NCBI GenBank assembly: GCA_965219585.1
Contig: CBDCOA010000003.1
Location: forward strand, 1,233,375 to 1,297,374
Direction of reading: 5' to 3'
Length of the DNA stretch: 64,000 nt
Source: Bryobacterales bacterium
GTDB taxonomy: Bacteria > Acidobacteriota > Terriglobia > Bryobacterales > UBA6623
Positions 36,832 to 47,248 of the stretch are shown in pieces. The stretch's first letter is position 1. Every line of letters starts with the position of its first letter. The notes beneath the pieces are model-generated. The model made no database searches, was not told where the DNA came from, and saw only the letters and a program-made list of their open reading frames with translations. The translations under genes and the position numbers were made by a program.

Positions 36832-39066
36832 CTACTCGCCCTCTCCGTCACCGTGGGCGGCGACGTTTGCATGTTTCGGCAAGTCGACGATCATTTCGGT
36901 GAATTCGCCAACTGCAGTCTCTACGCGAATCTCGCCGCCGTGCTCGCGCACGATGTCGTTTGACAGCGCCAAGCCCAGCCCCGTGCCCTGATCGGTAGGC
37001 TTGGTCGTGAAAAAGGGATTGAACATCTTCTCTAGCACCTCGTCCGGAATGCCGTGGCCGTTGTCCCGAATGCGAATCTCGTACCTGTCTCCGGCGTCCA
37101 CCGTGCGAATCTTCAGGGTGGGGGCATAGCCCGCCTCTTCTCCGGACACCCGCCTCTCGTTGGTGGCGTGGCAGGCGTTGGAAACCATGTTCAGGACCAC
37201 CCGCCCCAAGTCTTGCGGAACAGCGTCCACTTCTCCCACGCGCTCGTCCAGATCCTCCTCGATGCTCAGCTGGAAATTCGAATCGGTGGCCCGAGCGCTA
37301 TGGTAGGCCAGATTGGCATGCTCGGTGACCAAGCGGTTGATCCCGGTCGGGCGCCATTCGTTTGAACCGCGCCCCATCATCAGCATATCGTTCACGATCC
37401 GGTTCGCACGCTCGCCGTGCCCGTGGATCCGCTCCAAGTTCCCTGTCAGGTAATCGCAGATATCGGCCAATTCCTCTCGCTGCTCCTTGGTGAGCGGTTC
37501 GTCTCCGTCCGGCAGCGCCTCTTGCAGCTCGGTGAGCAGTTCCTGCGAGACTTCCGAGAAATTCTTCACGAAGTTCAGCGGGTTCTTGATCTCATGCGCC
37601 ACGCCGGCCGTCAATTCGCCCAGCGCCGCCAGCTTCTCACGCATGACGATCTGGTCCTGTGCTGTGCGCAGGTCCGCCAAGACGCCCTCCAGCTCCAGAT
37701 TCTTGCCCTTGAGGTCCTCTGCCAGCTTCTCGACCAGGTTCAAGCGTTGTACTTCCAGCGCGTGCCTCCGGAATACTTCCAAGGCCTGCGCCATGTCAGC
37801 CACCTCGTCCGAACCCTCCACCTCCACTTCCTTCTCGAGATCGCCCCCGGCCATGTTCAGCATGGTTGAGGAAAGCTTGTGCAGGCGACGCAGGAGATGC
37901 CGGCCGACGAACAGCCAGCCGATCACAGCGGCGCCGGCCAGCGTGACCAAGTTCAGCCCCAGCAGTCGCTGGATGGCCGTTTGGATCGCCTCCGCGGAGG
38001 ACTGTGCCGCAAGCTGTGTGCTGGAGCGCAGACCGGCCACCAAGCCCTCGACTTCGACCACCAAGCCCGTCGCGATCTCGCGGTTGCGGTCCAGCAGCGC
38101 GCCTTGCTGGCCAAGCACCTCCAGCTCCTGCTGGCGCACTTCCAGCAAGCCGGCCGGCCCGGCAGACAGATCGAAAAGCTCGCGAAAGAGCGCGATGATC
38201 TCGGCTCCGGATTGCAGTTCGCCGATCTGGTTGAGGTTGCGCAGCGTGCGGCTTGAAGCCGCCTCGAAGCGATCCAGAAGTGTGCGCAGTTCGGCCTCGT
38301 CAGAGATCGCCGTCGCATTGGCCACCAGCTGGCTGGTCACTGCCGCGCCCTCGCGCAACTCGGCCATTAGGCGGTAGCGCGTGACCTCCTGCTCCGTAAG
38401 GTGCGTCGCTCGTGGGACCGGCGGCTCGCCTAGATTCAGGTAGCCCGTCATCGTGTAAAAGAACTGGTCGTCGATGATCGAGATGACGAGGTTGGTGAGC
38501 GCGGCGTCGATGCGCTCGATCTGCTCGCTGATCGCGGTGCGCTGCCCCGCCAGTTCGAACGCCCGCTCTTGGGAGACTTCGATTGCCTGCATGTTGGTCG
38601 ACATCTCGCGCCCCCGGACACGGATCCGCCGAATGCCCTCGCTCTCTCCCCGGCGCCCGGCCAGTACCTGCAGGCTCTCTTCGAAGACGCGCAGTTGCTC
38701 ACCGATCTGTTGACGGCGCTCTTCAAACAGATCGAGCGAATCGACCACGGTCAGCGACGGCGCCGCATCAACCAATGCCCCGACGCGCTGCGCGACGGCA
38801 AACGCCGCGGCCATGTCCGGCACGGTCCTCTGATTCATGACCTCCTGCGATTGCCGCACTTCGTTGAACGAGATCAGCGCGACCACGCTGGCCATAGCGG
38901 TCAAAGACGCGGCCCCGCCGAGTCCCAGATACATCTGCACGGCGATGCCCCGCCGCGCTCCCGCCAAGCGCTTGACACGCTGGCCGGACACCAGCGGCAG
39001 ATCGCGCAAGCGGGCTTGCACGCGCCCCAAGCTCAGCTTGCGCACGAGCCGCCCGAGGTCGGCCAT
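36832..39066 (-). CDS. sensor histidine kinase (large extracytoplasmic domain, HAMP, HisKA, HATPase)
   Basis: 744 aa with two TM segments flanking a ~300-aa helical sensor region. HAMP (RRLHKLSSTMLNMAGGDLE), H-box AGVAHEIKNPLN, N-box VLNMVSNACHA, G-boxes DNGHGIP and GTGLGLALS. Confidence 0.9.
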   Translation of the reverse strand: MADLGRLVRKLSLGRVQARLRDLPLVSGQRVKRLAGARRGIAVQMYLGLGGAASLTAMASVVALISFNEVRQSQEVMNQRTVPDMAAAFAVAQRVGALVDAAPSLTVVDSLDLFEERRQQIGEQLRVFEESLQVLAGRRGESEGIRRIRVRGREMSTNMQAIEVSQERAFELAGQRTAISEQIERIDAALTNLVISIIDDQFFYTMTGYLNLGEPPVPRATHLTEQEVTRYRLMAELREGAAVTSQLVANATAISDEAELRTLLDRFEAASSRTLRNLNQIGELQSGAEIIALFRELFDLSAGPAGLLEVRQQELEVLGQQGALLDRNREIATGLVVEVEGLVAGLRSSTQLAAQSSAEAIQTAIQRLLGLNLVTLAGAAVIGWLFVGRHLLRRLHKLSSTMLNMAGGDLEKEVEVEGSDEVADMAQALEVFRRHALEVQRLNLVEKLAEDLKGKNLELEGVLADLRTAQDQIVMREKLAALGELTAGVAHEIKNPLNFVKNFSEVSQELLTELQEALPDGDEPLTKEQREELADICDYLTGNLERIHGHGERANRIVNDMLMMGRGSNEWRPTGINRLVTEHANLAYHSARATDSNFQLSIEEDLDERVGEVDAVPQDLGRVVLNMVSNACHATNERRVSGEEAGYAPTLKIRTVDAGDRYEIRIRDNGHGIPDEVLEKMFNPFFTTKPTDQGTGLGLALSNDIVREHGGEIRVETAVGEFTEMIVDLPKHANVAAHGDGEGE

Positions 39067-39069
39067 AGG

Positions 39070-40236
39070 CTATTGGCGCTCCATCTTTTGGGCTGCTTCG
39101 TAGGCCAGACTAGGGCCGATCACCGTCAGAAAGACCTGATCCGAGCCTTGGTTGTCGTCGCCGCCGTAGCTCAGGCGGAAGCCGTGCAGGTCGATCGGCG
39201 GACCGTCAAGCACTTGGCGGAGGAATTCTGCCCGGTCCAGACTCGGCCCGGTCCGTTCCAAGCCCGCGATTGCTAGGCGGCCCGCCAAGTAACCCTCGAA
39301 CGAAACGAAGCTCGGAGACGATCCGCGCGAGTTCGCTCGCAAGGCCGCCAGATAAGCCCGCGCGATTGGCGATGTCGGCGACGGAAAGGGCACGACCTGA
39401 GTCACGTACACTCCTTGTCCGCGCGCCCCCATGGCCTCAGCGAGCGCGTTGGTGCCACTGAACGACACCGTCGCGAATACGACGTCCATGCCGATGTACC
39501 TAGCCCATTGGATCGCAGTCGCCACCGGGCCGTAGGCTCCAATCAGCACCACCGCCCCGGGCGCGGCGGCGCGCAGCTCCAACAGCGCCGTCTTCACTGC
39601 CGTCGTGTTGCGGGTGTACACCCCCACGGCGACCTGTTCCAAGCCGCGCTCCTTCAGAGCGGCTTGCACGCCGTTCAGCCCGGCGCGACCGTAGGAATCG
39701 TCCTGATACAACACCGCGATGCGCTCGACGCCAAGATCCTCGACGAGCCGTGTGACAATTTCACGCGTCTCCTGAAAGTACGACGCGCGCAGGTTGATAA
39801 CGGTAGTCCAGTGGTCGTCTCTCAGAAACTCGGCACCCGTCACAGGCGCGATGAAGGGCACCCCAGCCTCGGCCGCCACTGGCACCGCCACCACCGTGGT
39901 CGGCGTGCCTACCGAGCCAATTAGTGCGAAGACGTTGTGATCCTCGATCAGGCTTTCGGTGTTGGCCAGTGCGCTGGCAGGCTCGTAGGCGTCGTCCAAT
40001 GACAGCAGCTCGAGCTTGCGTCCGTGCACTCCGCCCTTGCGGTTGGCCTCCGCGAAGGCTGCCAAGATCCCGGCTCGCGCATCGCTGCCCAGCTGCTGTG
40101 CCGGGCCACTCAACGGAGCTGACTGCCCGAACAGTACTGTCTGCTCCCCCGCTTCCAAGCCCTGTGCGGTTGCCGTGCTGGCTGCCAGCGCCATCCACAG
40201 CGCAACGACCCCAGCGGTTCTGCCAAACCTGCCCAT
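39070..40236 (-). CDS. periplasmic binding protein, type-1 fold (LivJ-like), probably a co-sensor
   Basis: 388 aa with signal peptide ...ALAASTATAQG and the pattern VLFGQSAPLSGPA..LG......G......N..GG..GRKLEL...DD.YEP. Its stop lies 3 nt before the kinase start. Confidence 0.85.
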   Translation of the reverse strand: MGRFGRTAGVVALWMALAASTATAQGLEAGEQTVLFGQSAPLSGPAQQLGSDARAGILAAFAEANRKGGVHGRKLELLSLDDAYEPASALANTESLIEDHNVFALIGSVGTPTTVVAVPVAAEAGVPFIAPVTGAEFLRDDHWTTVINLRASYFQETREIVTRLVEDLGVERIAVLYQDDSYGRAGLNGVQAALKERGLEQVAVGVYTRNTTAVKTALLELRAAAPGAVVLIGAYGPVATAIQWARYIGMDVVFATVSFSGTNALAEAMGARGQGVYVTQVVPFPSPTSPIARAYLAALRANSRGSSPSFVSFEGYLAGRLAIAGLERTGPSLDRAEFLRQVLDGPPIDLHGFRLSYGGDDNQGSDQVFLTVIGPSLAYEAAQKMERQ

Positions 40237-40238
40237 CT

Positions 40239-40658
40239 TCAGCGATTCTTCACGAGTGTCAGACGGTTCTTGCCGTCCTCGCGCCTGTATTCCATCTCGT
40301 CCATCAGCTGCTTGGCGATATGCACTCCCAGTCCACCCACCTCCCGCTCTTCCACGCTCGCATCGGTGGTCGGATTCGGGGCCTCCTGCAGCGGATCGAA
40401 CGGTCGCGCTTCGTCCACCATTTCGATGCGGACGGCCTGCGGCTTGGACTTGATCGTGATCTGGAATTCGTGCCCACTTGCGCCGTACCCGTGATTGATC
40501 ACGTTCGTTGCCAGCTCATCCAGCACCAATTGGACGTGGAAGAGCAGGTCAGCTGGCCATCCGTGCTCGGCCCCAAATGCTGCGACCTCCCGCTCGATCT
40601 GGCTCAAGGATTCTAGGCTCGACTCTAGATTGAGACTGACCTGGTCCGCCATCGCCAC
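40239..40658 (-). CDS. anti-sigma regulatory factor / Ser-protein kinase (RsbW/SpoIIAB-like, HATPase_c_2)
   Basis: 139 aa with ...LVLDELATNVINHGY (N-box-like) and VGGLGVHIAKQLMDEMEY (G-box-like). Confidence 0.8.
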   Translation of the reverse strand: MAMADQVSLNLESSLESLSQIEREVAAFGAEHGWPADLLFHVQLVLDELATNVINHGYGASGHEFQITIKSKPQAVRIEMVDEARPFDPLQEAPNPTTDASVEEREVGGLGVHIAKQLMDEMEYRREDGKNRLTLVKNR

Positions 40659-41840
40659 CTACCCCCGCTGACACAGCGCCAAGCACGTGATGTCGTCGAA
40701 CTGCGGCGCCGTCCCTGCGAAGTCCCGCACTGCTTGGAATACCATTCGGGTGGCCGCCTCCGCTCGAGACGGCGTCTCCTCTTGGAAGACCTCTTGGAGT
40801 CGCTCCAAGCCGAACTGCTCGCCAGATCTGTTCTGCGCTTCAGTGACCCCATCGGTATACAGCAGCACCGTGTCGCCTTCCTCCAGCGTCACCGTATGCG
40901 ACCGGTAGGACACATTCGGCAGTACTCCCAGCGCAATACCTCCCGTGTGCGGCAACGGCGTCGAGCTGCCATCGGCATGCACCACCACCGGCGCGTCGTG
41001 GCCGCCGCAAAGATACGTGTAGGCACGCGTCTTAGGGTCGAACACCGCGTACAGCACCGTCACGAACATCATCTCTGAGTTGTCGTCGCTGAGCACGTTG
41101 TTGACCGTCGTCAGCACCATCGCTGGATCCGAAGAGCCGATCGCCGCACCCTTGAGCAGCGTTCGGCTCGACATCATAAATAGTGCGGCGGGCACACCCT
41201 TGCCAGAGACGTCGGCAACGGCCATTCCAACGCGTGATTGGTCCAGGGTCTGCACATCATAGAAATCCCCGCCCACCGCCCGGGCCGGCTGCATGTTGGC
41301 GTACACTTCGAAGCTGTCCGTCTTGGGAAACTCTGTCGGAAGTATCGAAGCCTGCATCCGGCGGGCGACGTCAAGTTCGTTCTCTAACGCCATCAACTGA
41401 CTGCGGGACTGCATCGCCTCCCGCCAGACAGCCAAGTTCTGCAAGGTGCGGTCGATCGTCACCCGCAGGTCACCGAAATCGATCGGCTTGGTGACGAAAT
41501 CAAACGCCCCACGATTCATCGCTGTGCGAATGTTCTTCATGTCCCCGTAGGCGGAGACGATCACTGCCTTCACGTCAGGATCGACACTCGGAATCCGCTC
41601 CAGCAGCGCGAGCCCGTCCATCTTCGGCATGTTGATGTCCGACAGCACCATGTCAAAGCGGTCCAGCTTCTCTAGCTTGGCAAGCGCTTCCAAGCCGTTG
41701 TAGGCGAACTCCATCACAAATTGCCCGGAACGGATCTCGCGCCGCATGCGCTGCCTGATCAATTGCTCCAGATCGGGTTCGTCGTCGACCACCAAGATGC
41801 GGTGCGGCCCGTTCGGCGTTACATGCATCGAACTTGGCAC
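40659..41840 (-). CDS. response regulator with PP2C/SpoIIE-type phosphatase output (RsbU-like)
   Basis: Receiver domain (ILVVDDEPDL ... MVLSDINMPKMDGL ... VSAYG) followed by PP2C blocks GGDFYD, VADVSGKG and LLYTDGVTEA. Confidence 0.9.
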   Translation of the reverse strand: MPSSMHVTPNGPHRILVVDDEPDLEQLIRQRMRREIRSGQFVMEFAYNGLEALAKLEKLDRFDMVLSDINMPKMDGLALLERIPSVDPDVKAVIVSAYGDMKNIRTAMNRGAFDFVTKPIDFGDLRVTIDRTLQNLAVWREAMQSRSQLMALENELDVARRMQASILPTEFPKTDSFEVYANMQPARAVGGDFYDVQTLDQSRVGMAVADVSGKGVPAALFMMSSRTLLKGAAIGSSDPAMVLTTVNNVLSDDNSEMMFVTVLYAVFDPKTRAYTYLCGGHDAPVVVHADGSSTPLPHTGGIALGVLPNVSYRSHTVTLEEGDTVLLYTDGVTEAQNRSGEQFGLERLQEVFQEETPSRAEAATRMVFQAVRDFAGTAPQFDDITCLALCQRG

Positions 41841-42206
41841 GAATTCCTCTTGCTCAAAGACATCCAGAATGCGCGGACGGCAAGAACTCGCAACCGCCCG
41901 TGAGTGCTCACGCCCACGCTGACATTATGCAATATCACAGCCGCATCCAAAGGACTCTGAATCGCCAAGCCGGTCGCGAGCCGCTGTCACCTGCGGCCGT
42001 CGAGCTTCTCGGCCGCGCAGCGCACGCGCCCGCTCATAGCGCCAATTCGGGCGCTGCAAAACATCGAGAGCGCAGCCGACGACACTGCTTCTGATACGAT
42101 GTGGCACGTACGAGCAGGGGAGTTACCCCGTAGCGATCCCTGCGGCGGCCAAGACCGATTAGGCGGGGACCCAACGTTGCGGCAGGCGCTGACACGGCAG
42201 TAACGC

Positions 42207-45110
42207 TTGATGGCATCTCGGACGGAGCGTCGATTGAATGCCGCTGGCGTTTGGCCGGCACCGGCAAACTCCGACCGGGCGGCCGTGGGCCTGAGAAAGT
42301 GGAGCGACGCCGCGAGCGCTCTCGGCCCGGGAGCGGACAGGGACTTCGCCCTGCAATTTCCCGCATCAGCCGACGGCGGTGCGATGCTGCGATGCATCTG
42401 CGGGGCCAGCCCATTCCTGGAGAGCTGCGCGATCGCCCACCAGAGCTTTGTTCGCGATCTCTGGGAGAGCGGTCCGGGCCACTGCGTCGACGCGATCGTT
42501 GACGGCTTGCTGTCGCTTCCGATCGACTCCTCTGAACAGGAGGTCGGGCGCACGCTACGCCGCGCGCGTCGGCGCATCGCGCTGGCGGTCGGGCTCGCCG
42601 ATATCGCAGGGATGTGGTCGCTGCGCGAGGTGACCGGCGCGTTCTCGGAGTTCGCCCGCGCGGCCTGCTCGGTGGCCCTGCGCACGCAACTGGCCAAACT
42701 CTCGGCCGAGGGTGCGTTCGTCGAGGGGCGTGAAGTACGCGAAGACGACTCGGGCCTGATCGTGATCGGCATGGGCAAGCTCGGCGGAAGGGAGCTGAAC
42801 TACTCCTCCGACATTGATCTCATACTGCTGTACGATCCCGACGTGGCTCCGCTGGCGAACCGCCACGAGGCGCCCTCCCATTTCATGCGGCTGGCACGTC
42901 GGTTCGTCGACCTGCTGGCCGAGCCCACCATCGAGGGGCGCGTATTCCCGGTAGACCTCAGGCTTCGCCCAGATCCGGTGTCCATGCCGCTGGTCATCTC
43001 AACCAAGGCAGCTCTGGAGTACTACGCCAAGCGCGGCCAGACATGGGAGCGCGCGGCGATGATCAAGGCGCGACCGGTCGCCGGCGACATCGCCGCCGGC
43101 GAGCGCTTCTTGGAGCGGCTCGAGTCATTCGTGTGGCGTGACAGCCTCGACTTCGCCACCGTGCAGGAACTGCACGAGACCAAGCGGCGGATCGACGCGC
43201 AGCACCGCGGCGGGCAGATCGGCGAGGTCGGCCAGAACCTCAAGCTCGGCCGGGGCGGCATTCGCGAAATCGAGTTCTTCGCCCAGGCGCACCAATTGGC
43301 CTGGGGGGGCACCGACCCGTCGCTGCGCCCGATCGGCACGTGCGACTCGCTGGCGGCGCTTGCCGCGGCCGGCAGAATCCCGGCCTCCGCCAGCGAGAAG
43401 CTCGGCGCAGCCTACGAGTACCTTCGCCGGGTCGAGCACCGCATCCAGATGGTCGGCGACCGCCAGACGCACTCGCTGCCGAAGAGAGAGGCCGACTACG
43501 AGAGCTTGGCCCGGTTCCTCGGATATTCCGACAGCCGGGCGTTCCGCGAGGCCCTGACCGCGCACCTGCGCAACGTCGAGGACCAATACGAGTCGTTCTT
43601 CGAGCTGCCCCACGAAATGACGGTTGCGAGCGCCTCTTCGGCGCTGTCCGGGCGCAGCCGAGCGGAAACCGAGGAGCGGCTCGGACGCATGGGCTACCGC
43701 GATTCAGCGGCAGCCTTCTCCATCGTGGAGCGATGGCGCACGGGACGGCACACCGTGGCGCGCGACCGCCGGGCGATGGAATTGTTCCAGTCTCTGATCC
43801 CCTCGCTCGTCATCGCTTCCTGCGGGACGCAGGACCCTGATCTGGCCCTGCGCCGGTTCGACGAATTGATCGACCGAATTTCAGACGCGCACGGCATACT
43901 GACTCTCTTCCAAGCCAACCTGCACGTGTTGGAATCCGTGGCCGAGACCATGGTCGCGGCACCGGCCATCGGAGCGCTGCTGACCGCGAGGCCGTCCTTG
44001 CTCGAGAGCCTGCTCGATCCGGATTCCGATTCGTCCCCGCCCGATCGCGGCGCTCTGCAAGCGAGCTTGGCCGCCACGCTGGCGGGTGTCATGGGTTTCG
44101 AAGGCAGGGTGCAGCAGATTTCCAAGTGGACCCACGAAGCGCGCTTCAAGGTCGGCGCAAGGGTCTTCTTCCACGCGCTAGATCCGCTGGATGCGTCAGC
44201 GCTTTTCTCTGACATCGCAGATTGCGCGATTGCGACCCTGGCACAGTGCGCAAGCGACGAAATCACACCTTCGAACGCGTCTGCGGCTGGTACCGGTATA
44301 GCGATCCTGGCCACCGGCCACTATGGCAGCCGGTGTCTGAACGTCGGCTCGGGGGTCGAGATCGCCGTTTTTGATGCCGGCCACATCCAGGGCTGCAGCG
44401 GTCGAGCCGCATCTGCCTCTGCGGAGCAACTCGAGTCGGCGCTGCTGGGCAGTCTCCGCGGGAAGCCGGGCTGGCGCAAGATCTACGCTTGTGCCGCCGA
44501 AGGGCCCGCGGCAAGCTACGAGGCCCTGCAAGCCAGACTCAGCGAAGGCATCTGGAGCGGGCGGGTGCCATGCTGGCCCAGGCTCGTGTGCTGCGTCGGA
44601 GACGGGGCAGAGCGCGTTTCGCAGAGCATGTCCGCCGCCCTCGAGATGCGCCGCGACCCCTCAACCTTGCGCGCACAGGCGGCCGCGGCACTCGGGCGAC
44701 TGCGGAGAACCTCGCCAGATGGCGATCCGCAGGCGGTGGCGGAGCGCCCCGGGGGCCTCGCCGACATCGCGGTCTTGACGCACTATTTCAGGCTCCGCCA
44801 CGCTCCGGAGCATCCCTCGGTCCGATCCGCCGCCACGGCTGGCGACGTGCTAGCGGAGCTTGGAGAGTCTGGCGCGATCCCGATCGATCTGGCGACGGGA
44901 CTCGCTGACGCGTGGCGGCTGATGACGCGCATCCATACACTCCGTTGTCTGCTCGAGGCGGACGAGCGAGGCGCGGCCGTCCCCAAGCGCCTGCGACCCT
45001 CGTTCGCGGAGGCGGCGGGCGTGGACGACTTCGGAGACGTCGCAGCTCGCCTCGACGGCGCTTCTGCCAAGGTGAGGGCAGCCTTGCAAGACTTCGTCGG
45101 CGAGGGCTAG
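42207..45110 (+). CDS. glnE: bifunctional glutamine-synthetase adenylyltransferase / adenylyl-removing enzyme
   Basis: 967 aa with two nucleotidyltransferase halves. First-half motif GKLGGRELNYSSDIDLILLYD, followed by RVFPVDLRLRP. Confidence 0.9.
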   Translation: MMASRTERRLNAAGVWPAPANSDRAAVGLRKWSDAASALGPGADRDFALQFPASADGGAMLRCICGASPFLESCAIAHQSFVRDLWESGPGHCVDAIVDGLLSLPIDSSEQEVGRTLRRARRRIALAVGLADIAGMWSLREVTGAFSEFARAACSVALRTQLAKLSAEGAFVEGREVREDDSGLIVIGMGKLGGRELNYSSDIDLILLYDPDVAPLANRHEAPSHFMRLARRFVDLLAEPTIEGRVFPVDLRLRPDPVSMPLVISTKAALEYYAKRGQTWERAAMIKARPVAGDIAAGERFLERLESFVWRDSLDFATVQELHETKRRIDAQHRGGQIGEVGQNLKLGRGGIREIEFFAQAHQLAWGGTDPSLRPIGTCDSLAALAAAGRIPASASEKLGAAYEYLRRVEHRIQMVGDRQTHSLPKREADYESLARFLGYSDSRAFREALTAHLRNVEDQYESFFELPHEMTVASASSALSGRSRAETEERLGRMGYRDSAAAFSIVERWRTGRHTVARDRRAMELFQSLIPSLVIASCGTQDPDLALRRFDELIDRISDAHGILTLFQANLHVLESVAETMVAAPAIGALLTARPSLLESLLDPDSDSSPPDRGALQASLAATLAGVMGFEGRVQQISKWTHEARFKVGARVFFHALDPLDASALFSDIADCAIATLAQCASDEITPSNASAAGTGIAILATGHYGSRCLNVGSGVEIAVFDAGHIQGCSGRAASASAEQLESALLGSLRGKPGWRKIYACAAEGPAASYEALQARLSEGIWSGRVPCWPRLVCCVGDGAERVSQSMSAALEMRRDPSTLRAQAAAALGRLRRTSPDGDPQAVAERPGGLADIAVLTHYFRLRHAPEHPSVRSAATAGDVLAELGESGAIPIDLATGLADAWRLMTRIHTLRCLLEADERGAAVPKRLRPSFAEAAGVDDFGDVAARLDGASAKVRAALQDFVGEG

Positions 45111-45114
45111 CCGC

Positions 45115-46179
45115 TCAAGACTGTTCTTGGTCGGGCAGGACGGCTATCTTGAGCTGGCCGCGACGGCTCGCCCATTGCCGGAACGCCGTGGCCAACTCCG
45201 TCAGCGGGACCTCGCCGGCAATGAAGTCGCTCGCGTGCACTTCGCCGCGACTGATCAGTTCCAAGGCTTCGCGGATGTGGTCCGGCGTGTGATGGAACGT
45301 CGCTCTAAGCGTGATGGCGGAATAGTGCAGCCTGCCCGTATCGAAGCACACGACAGTCTGCTTCGGGCATCCGCCGAAGAAATTCACCCTGCCGCCCGAG
45401 CGGACCATGGATACTGCTTGGCGCCAAGCGTGCGGAGAGCCGACCGCTTCGATCACCGCGTCCGAGCCCCTGCCACCGTGGGTGCGCCGCCGGACCTCGT
45501 CCGTTGGGTCGTCACCGCGATGCGACTCGATCAACACCTCCGCTCCAAGATGCTCCGCCCTGTCCAGCTGGGCCTGACGCCTGCCGATTGCGATCACGCG
45601 GGCACCTGCGATCTTGGCGACTCGCACGAACATCAGCCCAATCGGCCCGAGACCAATGATGGTGACGGTGTCGCCAGGCTTGACCCCGGTATCGTCGATC
45701 CCCTTCAGCACGCATGCCAGCGGCTCGGACAGGGCGGCGTCGCGGTAGTCGACCTGGGAGGGGATGATATGCGTGTTGCAGTCCACGATAGGCCCGGGAA
45801 TCCTGATGTATTCCGCATAGGCACCGTTATTGAAGAGCAGGTTCTCGCACAGGTTTTTCTCGCCCTGGCGGCAGAAGAAGCACTTGTGGCAGGGCGCCGA
45901 GTTGGCGGCCACGATGCGGTCGCCGACGCTGAACGAGCGCACGGCCGAGCCGGTCTCGATGACGTCTCCGGCCAGTTCGTGGCCCAGCGCGGCCGGCAGG
46001 GTGATCATGCGGGCGTGATGCCCCCGCCGGTAGACCTTCAGGTCCGTTCCGCAGGTGAGCGCGGCACGGACCCGGACCAGCAGGTCGGCCGGGCCCACGC
46101 TCGGGACCGCAACGCGCTCCATGCGGAGGTCTTCTTGGCCATGCAAAACGCAAGCCAGCATGTCTCGCCGCGATTGCAT
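45115..46179 (-). CDS. Zn-dependent medium-chain dehydrogenase (sorbitol/threonine-DH-like)
   Basis: 354 aa with catalytic-Zn ligands in C.TD...Y and GHE..G, structural-Zn cluster C.KC.FC..G....C, and Rossmann GLGPIGL. Confidence 0.85.
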   Translation of the reverse strand: MQSRRDMLACVLHGQEDLRMERVAVPSVGPADLLVRVRAALTCGTDLKVYRRGHHARMITLPAALGHELAGDVIETGSAVRSFSVGDRIVAANSAPCHKCFFCRQGEKNLCENLLFNNGAYAEYIRIPGPIVDCNTHIIPSQVDYRDAALSEPLACVLKGIDDTGVKPGDTVTIIGLGPIGLMFVRVAKIAGARVIAIGRRQAQLDRAEHLGAEVLIESHRGDDPTDEVRRRTHGGRGSDAVIEAVGSPHAWRQAVSMVRSGGRVNFFGGCPKQTVVCFDTGRLHYSAITLRATFHHTPDHIREALELISRGEVHASDFIAGEVPLTELATAFRQWASRRGQLKIAVLPDQEQS

Positions 46180-46180
46180 C

Positions 46181-47248
46181 TCACTCCTGTGGCATGACGA
46201 GCAGCTTCAAGGCACCTTCTCGAGGCCGGGACGCCAAGCGCATGCCGGATTCGAACTCGTCCAGCCGAAATCGGTGCGAGACGAGCGCATCCGCCGGGAA
46301 GTCTGGGTCCCAGACCGCGGCCGCAGCCTCGGGCTGCAAGTCGGCGCACGCGCTGTACGAGCCGAACACAGCCCGGTCCTCGGCACACAGGCTCTTGCCG
46401 TCGAGCTGGAAGCGCTCCGTGGGGGAGGTCTGAGCAAACAGCATCACGCGTCCGCCGCGACGGGACAGCGATACGGCCTGTTCGACGATTCCGGGTGCCG
46501 ATGCGGCCACGATCACAGCATCAACGCCCCGGCCCCCAGAGACTTGGCGAACGCAGCGGTCCACATCGCCGGCAGCGTCCCAGGCCTCGGCGGCACCCAA
46601 TTGGCGGGACAGTTCCAGACGAGAAGCCAGCCGGTCGCTGGTGTAGACCGACCGGATGCCTTGCCGGCGCAGCAGAGTCGTGAAGAGCAGCCCTATCGGA
46701 CCCTGCCCCATCACTAGCACGCTCTCGTCGGGATCCGCGGCCAGTTTCGCCAAGCCCTTCAGGCAGGTGTTGGTCGGTTCGACGAATGTCGCGCGCTCGA
46801 AGCTGGCATGAGGCGGAATCCGCTCTACCCCTCGGCGCACGATCCAGTCCATCACCCTCACGTACTGGGCGAAGCCGCCGCCGGCGGGCTCGAAACCGGC
46901 AGTCACTCCGACCCGCTTGTATGTCGGGCACTGCGCATAGTCACGGAAGCGGCAGTAGTGGCAATCGAAGCACGGAATGTGGTGGAAGAAACACACACGA
47001 TCCCCCACCGCATAGCTGTCGACTCCCTCCCCGACCTGGGCAACGACTCCGGCGGTCTCATGCCCGTAGATCCTTGGAGCGGGCAACAAGTCATGCTCGA
47101 TCTTCTTCAGGTCCGTGTGGCAAATGCCACAGGCCTCGACTCGAACGAGCAGTTCTCCGGGTCCGATCGAAGGCACGGCGACCGACTCGGGAACGACGGT
47201 CTGGCGACCGCGATAGACCGCGGCAGTCATGGCTTCAGGAACCGTCAT
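46181..47248 (-). CDS. Zn-dependent medium-chain dehydrogenase, second paralogue
   Basis: I took the start at MTVPEAMTAAVY (47248). Motifs CGICHTDL, GHETAG, CFDCHYCRFRDYAQC and GQGPIGL. Has a 4-nt overlap with the upstream phosphorylase gene. Confidence 0.85.
   Translation of the reverse strand: MTVPEAMTAAVYRGRQTVVPESVAVPSIGPGELLVRVEACGICHTDLKKIEHDLLPAPRIYGHETAGVVAQVGEGVDSYAVGDRVCFFHHIPCFDCHYCRFRDYAQCPTYKRVGVTAGFEPAGGGFAQYVRVMDWIVRRGVERIPPHASFERATFVEPTNTCLKGLAKLAADPDESVLVMGQGPIGLLFTTLLRRQGIRSVYTSDRLASRLELSRQLGAAEAWDAAGDVDRCVRQVSGGRGVDAVIVAASAPGIVEQAVSLSRRGGRVMLFAQTSPTERFQLDGKSLCAEDRAVFGSYSACADLQPEAAAAVWDPDFPADALVSHRFRLDEFESGMRLASRPREGALKLLVMPQE

Noticed and set aside
41835-41853. TGGCAC...TTGC, a sigma54-like sequence between the RR-PP2C gene and glnE
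   Set aside because: The GG and GC dinucleotides are 16 nt apart instead of the required ~12, and the TGGCAC overlaps the RR-PP2C start codon region.
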